Source: an uncultured Acidobacteriota bacterium
Lineage (GTDB): Bacteria > Acidobacteriota > UBA6911
Direction of reading: 5' to 3'
NCBI GenBank assembly: GCA_963827655.1
Contig: CAWHCF010000031.1
Span: forward strand, 96,001-160,000
Length of the DNA stretch: 64,000 bases
The translations under genes were made by a program, and so were the position numbers. A model generated the notes under the pieces. It was not told the origin of the DNA. It worked only from the letters and a program-made list of their open reading frames with translations, and searched no databases. Below, in pieces: positions 1 to 11,032 of this stretch (within the stretch, counting starts at the first letter, position 1; every line of letters starts with the position of its first letter).

Positions 1-2
1 TG

Positions 3-431
3 ATGCTGACTCATCTGGCGCACCACTCAGAACACGTCCAGCACAATGCTCGAGATCTTTCTTTGGAGGTGGGTCTACCCCTGCCGGTGGTGAGCAAAAT
101 CTTGAAGCTCCTTGCGCGTGAAGGGCTCCTGATTTCTCACCGCGGTACCAAAGGAGGTTATGGGCTGGCGCGCCCCCCTTCGGAGATCTCGGTGGCCGAA
201 ATAATCCGGGCCCTCGAGGGGCCGATCGCCATAACCGAATGTACTGACAAGATTCACGGGGATTGTAGTCTTGAGCTTTTGTGTCCGGTCAAAAGCAACT
301 GGCACAGGATCAACGCCGCAATCCATGAAGCCCTGGAAAAGATCACCCTGGCTGAGATGGCTCAGCCGCTTCTTCCGCCGCTGGTGAATTTGACGGAAAG
401 GAGTCCGATCCAGGGATTCCGCGTCTCTTGA
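3..431 (+). CDS. Rrf2-family (IscR-like) SUF system Fe-S cluster assembly regulator; probably 5'-truncated by the window edge
   Basis: wHTH with S-x-RG-x-x-GGY-x-L motif ([13 protein letters not shown]); three Cys in C-terminal region ([17 protein letters not shown]); directly upstream of sufB. Confidence 0.9.
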   Translation: MLTHLAHHSEHVQHNARDLSLEVGLPLPVVSKILKLLAREGLLISHRGTKGGYGLARPPSEISVAEIIRALEGPIAITECTDKIHGDCSLELLCPVKSNWHRINAAIHEALEKITLAEMAQPLLPPLVNLTERSPIQGFRVS

Positions 432-456
432 AAGGACGCTGGTTCAATGGAGAATC

Positions 457-1893
457 ATGAGCTCTAATATTCAGGATCTTGCAAATCAGGAATACAAGTA
501 CGGCTTTGTAACCGAAATCGAGGCCGACACCGTTCCTCGCGGTCTGAGTGAGGACGTCATTCGCCTTATCTCCTCGAAGAAAAACGAGCCCAAGTTCATG
601 CTGGATTGGAGGCTGAAGGCGTACCGGCACTGGCTTACGATGGAGGAGCCCAAGTGGTCGACGGTCCGTTATCCGCCCATCGATTATCAGGGCATTAGCT
701 ACTACTCGGCGCCGAAAATGAAGGAGCGGCCCAAGAGTCTCGACGAAGTCGACCCCGAACTTCTCGCCACTTACGAAAAGCTCGGCATCCCGTTGCGGGA
801 GCGAGAGCTGCTCGCAGGGGTTGCAGTCGACGCCGTCTTCGATAGTGTGTCGGTGGCGACGACTTTCAAGGAAAAACTGGCAGAGATGGGCATCATCTTC
901 TGCTCGTTCTCGGAAGCCGCCGAGCAACATCCGGACCTGGTCAAGAAATACCTGGGAACCGTAGTGCCCTATACCGACAACTTTTTCGCGACCTTGAATT
1001 CAGCGGTCTTTACTGACGGGTCCTTTGCCTACATTCCCAAGGGCGTGCGCTGCCCGATGGAGCTTTCGACCTATTTCAGAATAAACGCGGCGGCCACGGG
1101 GCAGTTCGAGCGAACGCTCATCATCGCCGACGAGGGTGCGTACGTCAGCTACCTGGAAGGATGCACGGCTCCGATGCGCGATGAAAACCAGCTTCACGCC
1201 GCGGTGGTGGAGTTGATTGCGCTCGATAATGCTCAGATCAAGTACTCTACCGTGCAGAACTGGTATCCGGGGGACAAGGAAGGAAAGGGTGGGATTTACA
1301 ACTTCGTTACCAAGCGCGGCAAGTGTCTCGGAGTGAACTCGAAAATATCGTGGACCCAGGTCGAAACCGGCTCCGCAATAACCTGGAAGTACCCGAGTTG
1401 TATCCTCCAGGGAGACAATTCGATCGGCGAATTCTACTCCGTGGCGCTCACCAATAATTACCAGCAGGCGGATACCGGTACCAAGATGATCCACATCGGG
1501 AAAGGCACCCGGAGCACAATCGTCTCGAAAGGAATCTCCGCCGGCCATGGTCAGAATACTTACCGGGGGATGGTGAAGATACTGAAGGGAGCGACGGGAG
1601 CCCGAAACTATTCCCGATGCGACTCCCTGCTCCTGGGCGACAAGTGCGGCGCCCATACCTTCCCGTACATCGAAGTCAAGAACTCGTCCGCTCAGATGGA
1701 GCACGAGGCTTCGACATCGAAGATTGGTGAAGACCAGATCTTCTATTGCCAGCAGCGAGGAATCTCCGCTGAGGCTGCAGTCTCGATGATCGTCAATGGC
1801 TTCTGCAAGCAGGTCTTCCGGGAGCTCCCGATGGAGTTTGCCGTCGAGGCCCAGAAACTTCTTGGTGTAAGCCTGGAAGGTAGCGTCGGCTGA
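457..1893 (+). CDS. sufB: Fe-S cluster assembly protein SufB
   Basis: YKYGFVT N-terminus, [33 protein letters not shown] motifs; RBS GGAG. Confidence 0.98.
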   Translation: MSSNIQDLANQEYKYGFVTEIEADTVPRGLSEDVIRLISSKKNEPKFMLDWRLKAYRHWLTMEEPKWSTVRYPPIDYQGISYYSAPKMKERPKSLDEVDPELLATYEKLGIPLRERELLAGVAVDAVFDSVSVATTFKEKLAEMGIIFCSFSEAAEQHPDLVKKYLGTVVPYTDNFFATLNSAVFTDGSFAYIPKGVRCPMELSTYFRINAAATGQFERTLIIADEGAYVSYLEGCTAPMRDENQLHAAVVELIALDNAQIKYSTVQNWYPGDKEGKGGIYNFVTKRGKCLGVNSKISWTQVETGSAITWKYPSCILQGDNSIGEFYSVALTNNYQQADTGTKMIHIGKGTRSTIVSKGISAGHGQNTYRGMVKILKGATGARNYSRCDSLLLGDKCGAHTFPYIEVKNSSAQMEHEASTSKIGEDQIFYCQQRGISAEAAVSMIVNGFCKQVFRELPMEFAVEAQKLLGVSLEGSVG

Positions 1894-1962
1894 CGGACTG
1901 CGGATTGAAGACCAAAGATACAGATTTCGCAATCGAGACCAGGCAGACGCGAGGAGAAAGGA

Positions 1963-2733
1963 ATGCTCGAGATCAAAGATTTGCACGCGAGAGTGGACGG
2001 AAACGAGATCTTGCACGGAATCAACCTGAAGGTGGATGCCGGCGAGGTTCACGCCATCATGGGCCCGAACGGCTCGGGTAAAAGCACTCTGGCGAAGGTT
2101 CTTGCGGGGCGCGAGGGATACGAGGTCACCCGGGGGGAGGTCAGGTATGAAGGCAAAGACCTGCTTTCGATGCTTCCGGAGGACCGCGCGCGCGAGGGGA
2201 TTTTCCTTGGCTTTCAATATCCGGTCGAGATTCCCGGCGTCAGCAACATGTACTTCCTGAAGGCGGCGCTCAACGAGATCCGGAAACACCGGGGTCTCGA
2301 AGAGATGGATGCCATGGACTTTCTGGCGCATGCCAGGGAGAAAATGAAGCTCGTCGACATGGATGAGACTCTCATGAACCGCGCTGTGAACGAAGGGTTT
2401 TCCGGGGGCGAGAAGAAGCGCAACGAGGTCTTCCAGATGACGGTGCTGGAGCCCAGGCTGGCGATTCTCGACGAGACCGACTCGGGACTCGATATTGATG
2501 CGCTGAAGACCGTCGCCGCGGGTGTGAACGCATTGCGCCGGGAGGATCGAGCCATCGTGCTGGTCACTCACTACCAGAGACTATTGAACTATATAGTGCC
2601 TGACCAGGTCCATGTTCTGCTCGATGGGCGCATTGTCAAATCAGGGGACCGGGATCTCGCCCTGAAGCTCGAAGAGAAAGGGTACGGCTGGCTCGAGCAG
2701 CAAGTGGCGCATGCCCAGCCGGTGAATTCTTGA
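1963..2733 (+). CDS. sufC: Fe-S cluster assembly ATPase SufC
   Basis: Walker A GPNGSGKST, signature GFSGGEKKRNE, LDETDSGLDIDAL. Confidence 0.98.
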   Translation: MLEIKDLHARVDGNEILHGINLKVDAGEVHAIMGPNGSGKSTLAKVLAGREGYEVTRGEVRYEGKDLLSMLPEDRAREGIFLGFQYPVEIPGVSNMYFLKAALNEIRKHRGLEEMDAMDFLAHAREKMKLVDMDETLMNRAVNEGFSGGEKKRNEVFQMTVLEPRLAILDETDSGLDIDALKTVAAGVNALRREDRAIVLVTHYQRLLNYIVPDQVHVLLDGRIVKSGDRDLALKLEEKGYGWLEQQVAHAQPVNS

Positions 2734-2750
2734 AGGGGACTGCGGGCTCA

Positions 2751-4085
2751 ATGATTGAAGTGATGGAGGAAAAAAACAGCTACCTGTCCGACTTCCAGGC
2801 GTTCGAGACTCGCCTGGGTCACGGCGAACCGCACTGGATCCGGAGTCTTCGAAAGGCCGCGATTGTCCGCTTCGCCGAGCTCGGTTTTCCCACGACTCGC
2901 CACGAGGACTGGAAGTACACCAGTGTTGCCCCGATTACCAGGACCGCCTTCAAGCCTGCCGGGTACGAATTGAACGGGTTGGGAGCGAGGAAGCTCCATG
3001 ACATCAGCCCGCTGGGAACACAGGTAAATCAGCTCGTTTTTGTGAACGGACACTTCTCCCCTGAACTTTCGTCGCTGGACCGGCTTCCTGGAAATCTGAA
3101 GGCAGGTAGCCTTGCCGCGGCGCTGGATTCAGATCCCGGCTCTCTCGAGCCCTATCTGGGACGCTACGCCAGTTTCGAGCAGAATGCCTTCACGGCGCTG
3201 AATACGGCATTCATGCGCGATGGGGCTTTCTTGCTGCTTCCCGAAGGGAGCGTCATTCCGGAGCCGATCCATTTACTTTTCGTTTCTACGGCCCGCAGGC
3301 AAGCGACGGTCATCTATCCAAGAAACCTGATCGTTGCGGGTGCGGGCTGCCGGTTGACCGTCGTCGAAAGTTACATCGGCGTCTACAATGACGTCTATTT
3401 CACGAACGCTGTGACCGAGGTTGTGGCCGGTGACGAGTCTGTCGTCGAGCATTACAAGGTGCAGCAAGAGAGCGAAAAGGCATTCCACGTGGGCTGTCTT
3501 CAAGCGCATCCCGGCCGAAGCGGCAACTTTTCTTCTTTCTTTGTCTCGCTTGGCGGCTCCCTGGTCCGGAACGATGTCAATGCGGTACTCGACCGCGAAG
3601 GGATCGAATGCACTCTGAATGGTCTGTACTTGACGAGGGGAAAGCAGCACGTCGACAACCAGACGACCATCGACCACGCCCAGCCTCACTGTAGCAGCCG
3701 CGAACTCTACAAGGGGATACTCGACGGGAAGTCGAGCGGCGTTTTCAACGGTAAGATCGTGGTCCGAAAGGACGCCCAGAAAACCAACGCCAGGCAAACC
3801 AATAAAAATCTGCTTCTCTCCGAGCAGGCGCTGGTCAATACCAAACCTCAGCTGCAGATTTCAGCCGACGACGTGAAATGTACTCATGGAGCTACTATCG
3901 GCCAGCTCGATGATGAGGCGCTGTTCTATATGCGCACCCGCGGGATGGGGGCGGAAACCGCTCGCAGCGTGCTCACATACGCCTTTGCCAGCGAGGTCGT
4001 GGACGGGATCAGAATCGAAGCGCTTCGGTCACATGTCGATGGCGTGCTGCTGCGTCGAGTTCCGAGATCCAAGGAGGGTCTATGA
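2751..4085 (+). CDS. sufD: Fe-S cluster assembly protein SufD
   Basis: PTTRHEDWKYT, TKPQLQISADDVKCTHGATIGQLD, LFYMRTRG; alternative TTG start at 2730. Confidence 0.96.
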   Translation: MIEVMEEKNSYLSDFQAFETRLGHGEPHWIRSLRKAAIVRFAELGFPTTRHEDWKYTSVAPITRTAFKPAGYELNGLGARKLHDISPLGTQVNQLVFVNGHFSPELSSLDRLPGNLKAGSLAAALDSDPGSLEPYLGRYASFEQNAFTALNTAFMRDGAFLLLPEGSVIPEPIHLLFVSTARRQATVIYPRNLIVAGAGCRLTVVESYIGVYNDVYFTNAVTEVVAGDESVVEHYKVQQESEKAFHVGCLQAHPGRSGNFSSFFVSLGGSLVRNDVNAVLDREGIECTLNGLYLTRGKQHVDNQTTIDHAQPHCSSRELYKGILDGKSSGVFNGKIVVRKDAQKTNARQTNKNLLLSEQALVNTKPQLQISADDVKCTHGATIGQLDDEALFYMRTRGMGAETARSVLTYAFASEVVDGIRIEALRSHVDGVLLRRVPRSKEGL

Positions 4086-5353
4086 CGGTTCGTGATGCGC
4101 TAAGTCGGAGCGAAGCGCGGGAAGCCTTCCCGGGTTTTGACGTGCGCGCCATCCGATCTGATTTTCCCATTCTGCAGCAGAAGGTTCATGGGAAACCTCT
4201 GGTCTATCTCGATAATGCCGCCACCAGCCAGAAACCTCAGACAGTGATTGATGCCGTGGTTCACTTTTATACCAGCGAGTGCTCAAATATACACCGCGGC
4301 GTGCACGCGCTCAGCGAGCGCGCCACGAAGGCCTACGAAGAGACGCGCGCCAAGGCCCGGCGGTTCATCAACGCCGCGGAAGAGCGTGAGATCATCTTTG
4401 TCCGGGGAACGACCGAAGGGATTAACCTCGTGGCCCAGAGTTATGGCGCTACCCATATCCAGGCTGGCGATGAAATCATAATCTCCGCAATGGAGCATCA
4501 TTCCAACATCGTTCCCTGGCAAATTCTGGCCGAGCAAAAAGGAGCGGCGCTCCGGGTCGTGCCCATCAATGACAGCGGCGAATTCCTGATGGACGAGTAC
4601 CGGAAGCTGCTCGGACCTCGAACCCGCCTGGTATCCGTCGCGCATGTTTCAAACGCGCTCGGAACCATCAACCCGGTCCGGGAAATCATCGAGCTGGCGC
4701 ACCGGTGGAATGCTCCGGTTGTGATCGACGGCGCTCAGGCCGTGCCCCACATGAGAGTCGACGTGCAGCAACTCGACTGCGACTTCTATGCCTTCTCGAG
4801 CCACAAGATGTACGGTCCGACCGGTACCGGAGTGCTGTACGGGAAGGCGCGCCTGCTTGAAGAAATGCCACCCTATCAGGGGGGTGGGGACATGATCAGC
4901 TCGGTCACGTTCGAGAAGACGATCTATAACAAGCTTCCGCACAAGTTTGAGGCCGGCACGCCGAACATAGCGGACGGCATTGCGTTCGGCGCCGCCATCG
5001 ACTATCTCGAAAGAATCGGTTTGGAAAACATCGCCGCGTACGAGCATGAGCTTCTGGAATACGCGACCCAGGCTCTTACCGCTATTCCCGGGGTTCGGCT
5101 CATAGGGACAGCCCGAGAAAAGGCGAGCGTGGTTTCGTTCGTCCTGGAAGGTGTTCACCCTCACGACATGGGCACCATTCTGGATCAGGATGGGATTGCT
5201 ATCCGCACCGGGCATCATTGCGCCCAGCCGGTAATGGATCGTTTCGGTGTGCCGGCCACCGCGCGCGCCTCGCTTTCGTTCTATAACACCCGCGAGGAGA
5301 TCGACGCTCTGGCGGACGGCGTGCGGAAGGTAAGCGAGGTTTTCAACACATAA
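4082..5353 (+). CDS. sufS: Cysteine desulfurase SufS
   Basis: YLDNAATSQKP, PLP lysine SSHKMYGPTG, catalytic RTGHHCAQP. Confidence 0.97.
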   Translation: MTVRDALSRSEAREAFPGFDVRAIRSDFPILQQKVHGKPLVYLDNAATSQKPQTVIDAVVHFYTSECSNIHRGVHALSERATKAYEETRAKARRFINAAEEREIIFVRGTTEGINLVAQSYGATHIQAGDEIIISAMEHHSNIVPWQILAEQKGAALRVVPINDSGEFLMDEYRKLLGPRTRLVSVAHVSNALGTINPVREIIELAHRWNAPVVIDGAQAVPHMRVDVQQLDCDFYAFSSHKMYGPTGTGVLYGKARLLEEMPPYQGGGDMISSVTFEKTIYNKLPHKFEAGTPNIADGIAFGAAIDYLERIGLENIAAYEHELLEYATQALTAIPGVRLIGTAREKASVVSFVLEGVHPHDMGTILDQDGIAIRTGHHCAQPVMDRFGVPATARASLSFYNTREEIDALADGVRKVSEVFNT

Positions 5354-5391
5354 CCCTGCGGTTGTTTTTCTAGAAGGGTGACTGGGTTCCA

Positions 5392-5832
5392 ATGTCCGAT
5401 CTGCGCGACCTGTACCAGGAGGTCATCCTGGATCACCATAAGAGCCCGCGAAATTTTCGCAAGCTCGAGACAGCCAACAGGCAGGCCGAAGGTTACAATC
5501 CCCTTTGCGGCGACAAGGTAAGCCTCTACCTGGAAGTCGAGAACGGGATTCTTCGAGACATCGGTTTCCAGGGCTCCGGCTGTGCCATCTCTACAGCTTC
5601 GGCTTCAATGATGACCGAGAGCCTTAAAGGGAAATCTCAGGCTGAAGCGGAATCACTCTTTCAGCGCTTTCACGACCTCCTCACCGGAAAAGCCTCTGCA
5701 TCGGGGCTTGGCAAGCTGGCAGTTTTTTCGGGAGTTCGCGAGTTTCCGGTTCGCGTGAAGTGCGCCACACTTGCCTGGCATACGCTGCGCGCTGCGCTGG
5801 AGGGTCGCCAGGACACGATAGCAACGGAATGA
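5392..5832 (+). CDS. sufU: SUF system NifU-family protein SufU
   Basis: LYQEVILDH, NPLCGD, GCAIS, RVKCATL. Confidence 0.96.
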   Translation: MSDLRDLYQEVILDHHKSPRNFRKLETANRQAEGYNPLCGDKVSLYLEVENGILRDIGFQGSGCAISTASASMMTESLKGKSQAEAESLFQRFHDLLTGKASASGLGKLAVFSGVREFPVRVKCATLAWHTLRAALEGRQDTIATE

Positions 5833-5836
5833 TTCA

Positions 5837-5920
5837 ATTGCGGATTGCGGATTGCGGATTGCGGATTGAAAACAGGGATTCGCTTACAATCCGCAATCCG
5901 AAATCTGCAATCCGAAATCG
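5837..5920. repeat. Inverted pair of heptamer tandem repeats (ATTGCGG)4 ... (CAATCCG-like)n
   Basis: ATTGCGG x4 at 5837-5864; imperfect reverse-complement array CAATCCGCAATCCGAAATCTGCAATCCGAAATCG at 5887-5920. Confidence 0.9.
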
Positions 5921-5931
5921 AAGGAGCGGTT

Positions 5932-6318
5932 ATGGACTCAAATCCCGATCTGATGAAAATCATCGAAGGTAAGGACGACTTGCCCCAGAACGCCTCAGAG
6001 AGCGTTCCACCGGAACAGAATCTCAAGGATATGGTCATCGAAGTGATGCGCACCGTCTACGATCCTGAGATTCCAGTCAACGTCTACGAGCTGGGACTGG
6101 TCTACGGAATCGACGTCGATCCTGCCGGCGTTGTAATCGTGCGCATGACTCTTACCTCGCCCGCCTGCCCGGTTGCAGGCTCGCTACCACCCGAAGTGGA
6201 GAGCAAGGTGCGGACTATTCCGGGTGTGACCGAGGCGAAGGTCGATCTGGTGTGGGACCCGCCCTGGAGTCCGAACCTCATGTCTGAAGCGGCCAAACTC
6301 CAGCTCGGCATTTTCTGA
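5932..6318 (+). CDS. sufT: DUF59 / SufT-like Fe-S assembly protein
   Basis: VYDPEIPVNVYELGLVY, MTLTSPACPVA, VWDPPW; RBS AAGGAG before ATG 5932 (the longer ORF from 5845 runs through the repeat). Confidence 0.9.
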   Translation: MDSNPDLMKIIEGKDDLPQNASESVPPEQNLKDMVIEVMRTVYDPEIPVNVYELGLVYGIDVDPAGVVIVRMTLTSPACPVAGSLPPEVESKVRTIPGVTEAKVDLVWDPPWSPNLMSEAAKLQLGIF

Positions 6319-6409
6319 CACTATCGTGTTCCCGTAGTCGCCTTGCATAACAAGAGAAAAAACTTGTTTTCCGGGCAAGATTTTCCACAAGCAGAGAGCA
6401 AAAGCTTCT

Positions 6410-6464
6410 GCCACGGATTACACGAATTTCACAGAGCCAGTTTAGATTTCGTGGAATCCGTGGC
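6410..6464. repeat. Imperfect palindrome (REP-like / possible terminator)
   Basis: GCCACGGATTACACGAATTT ... ATTTCGTGGAATCCGTGGC. Confidence 0.7.
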
Positions 6465-6530
6465 GAGTATTTTGGTTGTGGCCAAAGGCCGCTTTGCGTC
6501 CTGGCGCTAAAAAATCGTGAAGGAGGAATC

Positions 6531-7941
6531 ATGACTAAACGATGGGTGCTCTTGCTGCAGCTCACTTTGTTGCTCAATGCTGGTCCCGTATTGGCGCGGC
6601 GCGGATTTCGCGGCACAGGAGAAGCTTCCCATGTCTCAGGTCAAATTCATGACGCTCGACCCCGGACACTTTCACGCAGGCCTGGTTCAAAAGGAGATGT
6701 ATCAGGGAGTGTCGAAACAGGTCCATGTCTACGCGCCTCTCGGATCCGACCTGACGGCCCATCTGAATCGAATCATTGCGTTCAACAACCGGAAGGAGAA
6801 TCCCACCGCCTGGGAGCTTGAGGTGCATACCGGTCCTGATTTCATGGCGCGGATGCTCCACGAGCGGCCCGGAAACGTCGTGGTCATATCGGGGCGCAAT
6901 CGAGGCAAGGTCGATCGGATCAAGGCTTCAGTAGACGCCGGGCTGAACGTGCTGGCCGACAAGCCCTGGATCATCGAGCCCGCCGACCTGCCGAAACTCG
7001 AATCCGCGCTCAACACGGCCGATCAAAAAGGGCTCATCGCTTACGACATCATGACGGAACGCTACGAGATCACCTCAATCTTACAAAAGGAGCTCGTGAG
7101 CGACAGCGCTACTTTCGGGACGGCGCTACCCGGGACGGAAAGCGATCCCGGGGTTTACATGGAATCGGTGCATTACCTCTTCAAGACGGTCGCGGGCTTA
7201 CCTCTCCTGCGCCCTGCCTGGTTCTTCGACGTGAACCAGCAGGGAGAGGGCCTGCCCGACGTGGGAACACACCTGGTCGACCTCGTCCCATGGATGTTGT
7301 TTCCGGAGCAGCCTATCGACCGCAGGGATATCCGTGTTCTCGCGGCCAAAAGGTGGCCGACCGTGATGTCGAAATCCGATTTTCAGAAGGTAACGGGAGA
7401 AACAAGTTTCCCGGACTATCTTCAACTGAACGTGAACGGGGACAAGCTCGAATACTATTGCAACACCCGGGTCTCGTACACTCTCCGGAATCTTCATATC
7501 AAGCTGGATGTCTTGTGGAACTTTGAAACGCCCGCGGGTGGAGGCGATACCCACCTTGCCGTCTTCAGAGGATCTAAATCACGGATCGAGGTGCGACAGG
7601 GAAAAGAACAAAAATATCGTCCCGAACTCTACGTCGTCCCCAACAGCGCCGGAGAAAAGGACTCCCTCCTGGCCGCGCTCAAGAAGAAAGTAGAATCTCT
7701 TGTCAAGACGTATCCCGGAATCGAGGTCAGTGATCTTGGCAAAGAGTTTCAGATTAGTATTCCGGACAAATACCGCGTAGGACATGAAGCCCATTTTGCT
7801 CAGGTGACCAACCGGTTCCTGGAGTATCTGAAGAACCCGAAGGCACTGCCCGGCTGGGAGAAGCCCAACATGATCGCCAAGTACTACGTGACGACCAAGG
7901 GCCTGGAACTCAGCCGTCAAGGAACGACGGCCCAGAAGTAG
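6531..7941 (+). CDS. Exported Gfo/Idh/MocA-like oxidoreductase (putative oxidoreductase C-terminal domain family); apparent +1 frameshift near 6597
   Basis: RBS AAGGAGG + ATG 6531 encodes a signal-like N-terminus ([22 protein letters not shown]); the body ([38 protein letters not shown]) lies in the +1 frame. Confidence 0.8.
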
Positions 7942-7983
7942 TCTTCACACTCACCACGAAGACGCGAAGAAACATTCTTTGAG

Positions 7984-9090
7984 ATGATTAAGTTCATTCA
8001 CTGGTTCTTCGGATTTGCGCTTCTCGTCGCGCCGGCTGGTAACGGCGCGGCTCAGAAAAAAACGGCCAATCTCGTCCTGGTCACGCTTGATGGCGCGCGG
8101 AACCAGGAGATCTTTGGTGGTCTCGACCTGGAAATTCTGAGGTCGGTCACGGAAAAAGGACGGGCGGAAGACACGGAGCTTTACAAGAAATACTGGGCGG
8201 CTACGCCACAGGCACGAAGAGAAAAAACCATGCCGTTCTTTTGGGGCACGCTCATGAAGCATCACGGCTCGATTGCGGGCAACCGCGATCTGGGGAGTAC
8301 CGTCCAGCTGACCAACAAACATCGGTTCTCCTACCCCGGATATTCCGAGATTCTCACCGGCCAGGCCCACGACGATGTTATCGATAGCAACGACAAGAAG
8401 CGCAACCCTTATCCCACGGTTCTGGAATTTCTCAAGCGCAAGCTCGGATTGGAGGCCCACAAGGTGGCCGCGTTCACGTCATGGGATACCCTCGATTGGA
8501 TCGTCGAGCACGAAGAAGGCTCCATCAGCTCCAACGCCGGATTTGAACCATACGTTCATCCGCACCCGGTCATACAGGAGCTAAGCAAGCTTCAATTCGA
8601 AACCGTGACGCCCTGGGACAGCGTCCGTCACGATGTCTATACCTTCCGTTTTGCCAAGGCTCATCTGGAAACCTTCAAGCCGCGCATTCTGTACCTTGGA
8701 CTCGGGGAAACGGATGACTGGGCGCACGACCGGCGCTACGACCGGGTCTTGGGGGCTCTGGTCCGCACCGACAATTTCTTGAAGGAACTCTGGGAGTTTC
8801 TGCAATCCCAGGACCAGTACCGCGACAGGACGACCCTTCTGATTACCGTCGATCATGGAAGGGGGAGTACGCCGGCGGATTGGACGAAACACGGGAAGGA
8901 GGTCGAAGAGGCCCAGTACATCTGGCTGGCAGTGGTGAGTCCTGATAGCGACCTCCGCGGGGAATGGACCAACACCCCGACCATCTACCAGAACCAGGTT
9001 GCCGCCACACTCTGTCGTTTTCTTGGTCTGGACTATAGCGAGAACAATCCCCTGGCCGGCAAGCCCATCGCGCGCTTGTTCACCGAGTGA
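7984..9090 (+). CDS. Exported alkaline-phosphatase-superfamily metalloenzyme
   Basis: Signal peptide; LVTLDG, FSYPGY (Ser nucleophile position), ETDDWAH, TVDHGRG metal-binding motifs. Confidence 0.85.
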   Translation: MIKFIHWFFGFALLVAPAGNGAAQKKTANLVLVTLDGARNQEIFGGLDLEILRSVTEKGRAEDTELYKKYWAATPQARREKTMPFFWGTLMKHHGSIAGNRDLGSTVQLTNKHRFSYPGYSEILTGQAHDDVIDSNDKKRNPYPTVLEFLKRKLGLEAHKVAAFTSWDTLDWIVEHEEGSISSNAGFEPYVHPHPVIQELSKLQFETVTPWDSVRHDVYTFRFAKAHLETFKPRILYLGLGETDDWAHDRRYDRVLGALVRTDNFLKELWEFLQSQDQYRDRTTLLITVDHGRGSTPADWTKHGKEVEEAQYIWLAVVSPDSDLRGEWTNTPTIYQNQVAATLCRFLGLDYSENNPLAGKPIARLFTE

Positions 9091-9117
9091 CCTGGCCGCG
9101 ACGAGACCCCAGAGGAG

Positions 9118-9915
9118 CTACTTCGCCTGGCGCTCGATCTCTTGTTGCAGTCTCAGCAGAAGATTGTGATTTCTTGAAAAATCGGAGATAAGGGTGGTGC
9201 GCGGCTTGGGTTTGAACTCCAGTCCGAGCGTGCTTCCATATCCGATCTTGTGGAGGGCTGCCAGCGTCCTGGTAAGATCGTCAGCCGTCAATCGACCATC
9301 CAGCAGCGCCCAGTGGCGGTCCTTCTTGCCGTCGTTGTCGTTCATTTGAACGTAGCCCAATCTTTTCCCCGCCGCTTCCGCCAGTTCCCACGGTCTCTCT
9401 TTTGAAATCAGACAGTGTCCGGTGTCCAGGAGCAGATAGAGATTCGGATGGCCGACCTCCTCCACGAAAGCGAGAGTCTCTTTTCCGGACGCGAGGGCCC
9501 GGTCAGGCATGTGCTCGAGGCACAGCTTGATTTCCCGCTCGGCCGCCGCCACTGCCAGTTCGCTGACGGCCTCTCGAAAAGCTTTCAATTGCTTTCGATC
9601 CTTGCAGGGACCGACGTAGCCAATCTTCGCTCCCAGAGTCTGGCTCTTCGCCAGCGTCGCCTTCAAATGGTCCACGGTTTTTCGCAGAGCGCCGTCACCC
9701 TTTGCGTCCCAGGAGCATCCCGCCGGCAGGTTGTGATCGAGTGCGACGCATGACACATTGAGCCCAAGCTCCTTTTGTTTCTGGAGCGCTCCGGGTGCAT
9801 CGAGCGTCGTCGGTTCTACATCAATGTAGTGAAATGCGGTCTGTTTTACCCGCGTTAACGTCCAATCGATCGGGGCGTTCTCGGCCCACACGCACGCTGA
9901 AGGGAACAGAGTCAT
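9118..9915 (-). CDS. Sugar phosphate isomerase/epimerase (xylose isomerase-like TIM barrel)
   Basis: LCLEH, LLLDTGH, QMNDNDG..DRH, GLEF motifs. Confidence 0.85.
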   Translation of the reverse strand: MTLFPSACVWAENAPIDWTLTRVKQTAFHYIDVEPTTLDAPGALQKQKELGLNVSCVALDHNLPAGCSWDAKGDGALRKTVDHLKATLAKSQTLGAKIGYVGPCKDRKQLKAFREAVSELAVAAAEREIKLCLEHMPDRALASGKETLAFVEEVGHPNLYLLLDTGHCLISKERPWELAEAAGKRLGYVQMNDNDGKKDRHWALLDGRLTADDLTRTLAALHKIGYGSTLGLEFKPKPRTTLISDFSRNHNLLLRLQQEIERQAK

Positions 9916-10474
9916 ATCAATTGGTCTCTCATCTTTACGTTTTCTGACGCCTCCGTGTTACTCGTAGAGTCTAACATTGAATTGGACCCGGCGAAGCAAG
10001 GTTCGCAAGGACCCTGTTGAACACCCGGATACTCTCATACCGCCGCTCAACGGCCTTCAAAGGTCCTGACTCGCTGTGGCACGGGAGGTGAAATGTATCA
10101 CGACGCGCGTTTGGCCGTCTGGTTTGAAGCGCCACTCGTCTCGTGCCGGCAAAGTGGTCTTCTCATCGGACTGCCAGCGTGCTTTGCAGAAATACCAGGT
10201 GTGCAGGGACGTCTCGCAGAGCGGCGCAGCATGGTAGTATCGGTCAGCTGCACATACTCACCCATGCCGCGGCTTGTCAGCTTGTTCCTCCAGCCTTCCA
10301 CAAGCGTCTGCAGAATCTAATGCTGTTGCGGAGCGAGCGACCTCAGCGGTCTGAGGTCGCAACTTCGTTGGCAGGCGAGCTCTCATCCGCCCTGGGCCAC
10401 CGCCCTCCCCTCCAATGGGAGAGAGCGGATGCTTGGGCCAGTTCATGAGACATCCCGGCGGCCAGGGAACACTT

Positions 10475-11032
10475 CTAAGACTTCTTCTCGGGTGGGTATT
10501 TCTTGAGTAACTTCTCCACGGCCTTGTTGATATTCTTTTCCCTCTTGTCCGGCTTGGCTCTCATATCGAGTGTCTTGGTAGCCGTACCGCGCCAGGCCAA
10601 GGACTTGCTGGCCACGTCGTACAAATCGAGGACCAGTTGGCCGATGTTGATCGTGGAGGTGGTCGCTGTACTCATGCCTCCACCATAACCGCCGTAGCCG
10701 TATCTGCCTCCCCATCCAGGGCCGTACCCCCATCCGGAGTCATAGCTGGTCACCTGCCGTTCCTGGCCTATTGCAAACTGGTAAGTGACCAACACGTCGG
10801 CCTGGCCGGTCGTCTTTGTAAGCCCCTTCGTTGCCAACTGGGCGTCAATGGCCGTTTCAAGCGTCTTCGCGGAGATCGGATCAAGTTCCTCAAGACCTTT
10901 CGTCTGCCCCCACGTGTATGTCTTGAACTTGCTGAAGTCCGTGGTTTTGTCAAAATTGTAGGCAACGTCCTGCGCCACGGCGGACCCGCCTGCTAGCAGG
11001 ACCATGCTGAGTGCCAAACCGAAACTCTTCAT
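10475..11032 (-). CDS. DUF4136 family exported protein
   Basis: Signal peptide; DFSKFKTYTW, Gly/Tyr-rich loop, GQLVLDLYD...WRG, C-terminal YPP; RBS GGAGG. Confidence 0.85.
   Translation of the reverse strand: MKSFGLALSMVLLAGGSAVAQDVAYNFDKTTDFSKFKTYTWGQTKGLEELDPISAKTLETAIDAQLATKGLTKTTGQADVLVTYQFAIGQERQVTSYDSGWGYGPGWGGRYGYGGYGGGMSTATTSTINIGQLVLDLYDVASKSLAWRGTATKTLDMRAKPDKREKNINKAVEKLLKKYPPEKKS

Noticed and set aside
1000-2571. Long antisense ORFs (523 aa here; also 16575-17831, 25676-26776, 26813-27832, 62607-63464)
   Set aside because: Shadow frames opposite well-supported genes in GC-rich DNA, with no recognisable motifs
6381-6389. DnaA-box-like TTTTCCACA
   Set aside because: Single imperfect box with no cluster or AT-rich unwinding element; not evidence of oriC
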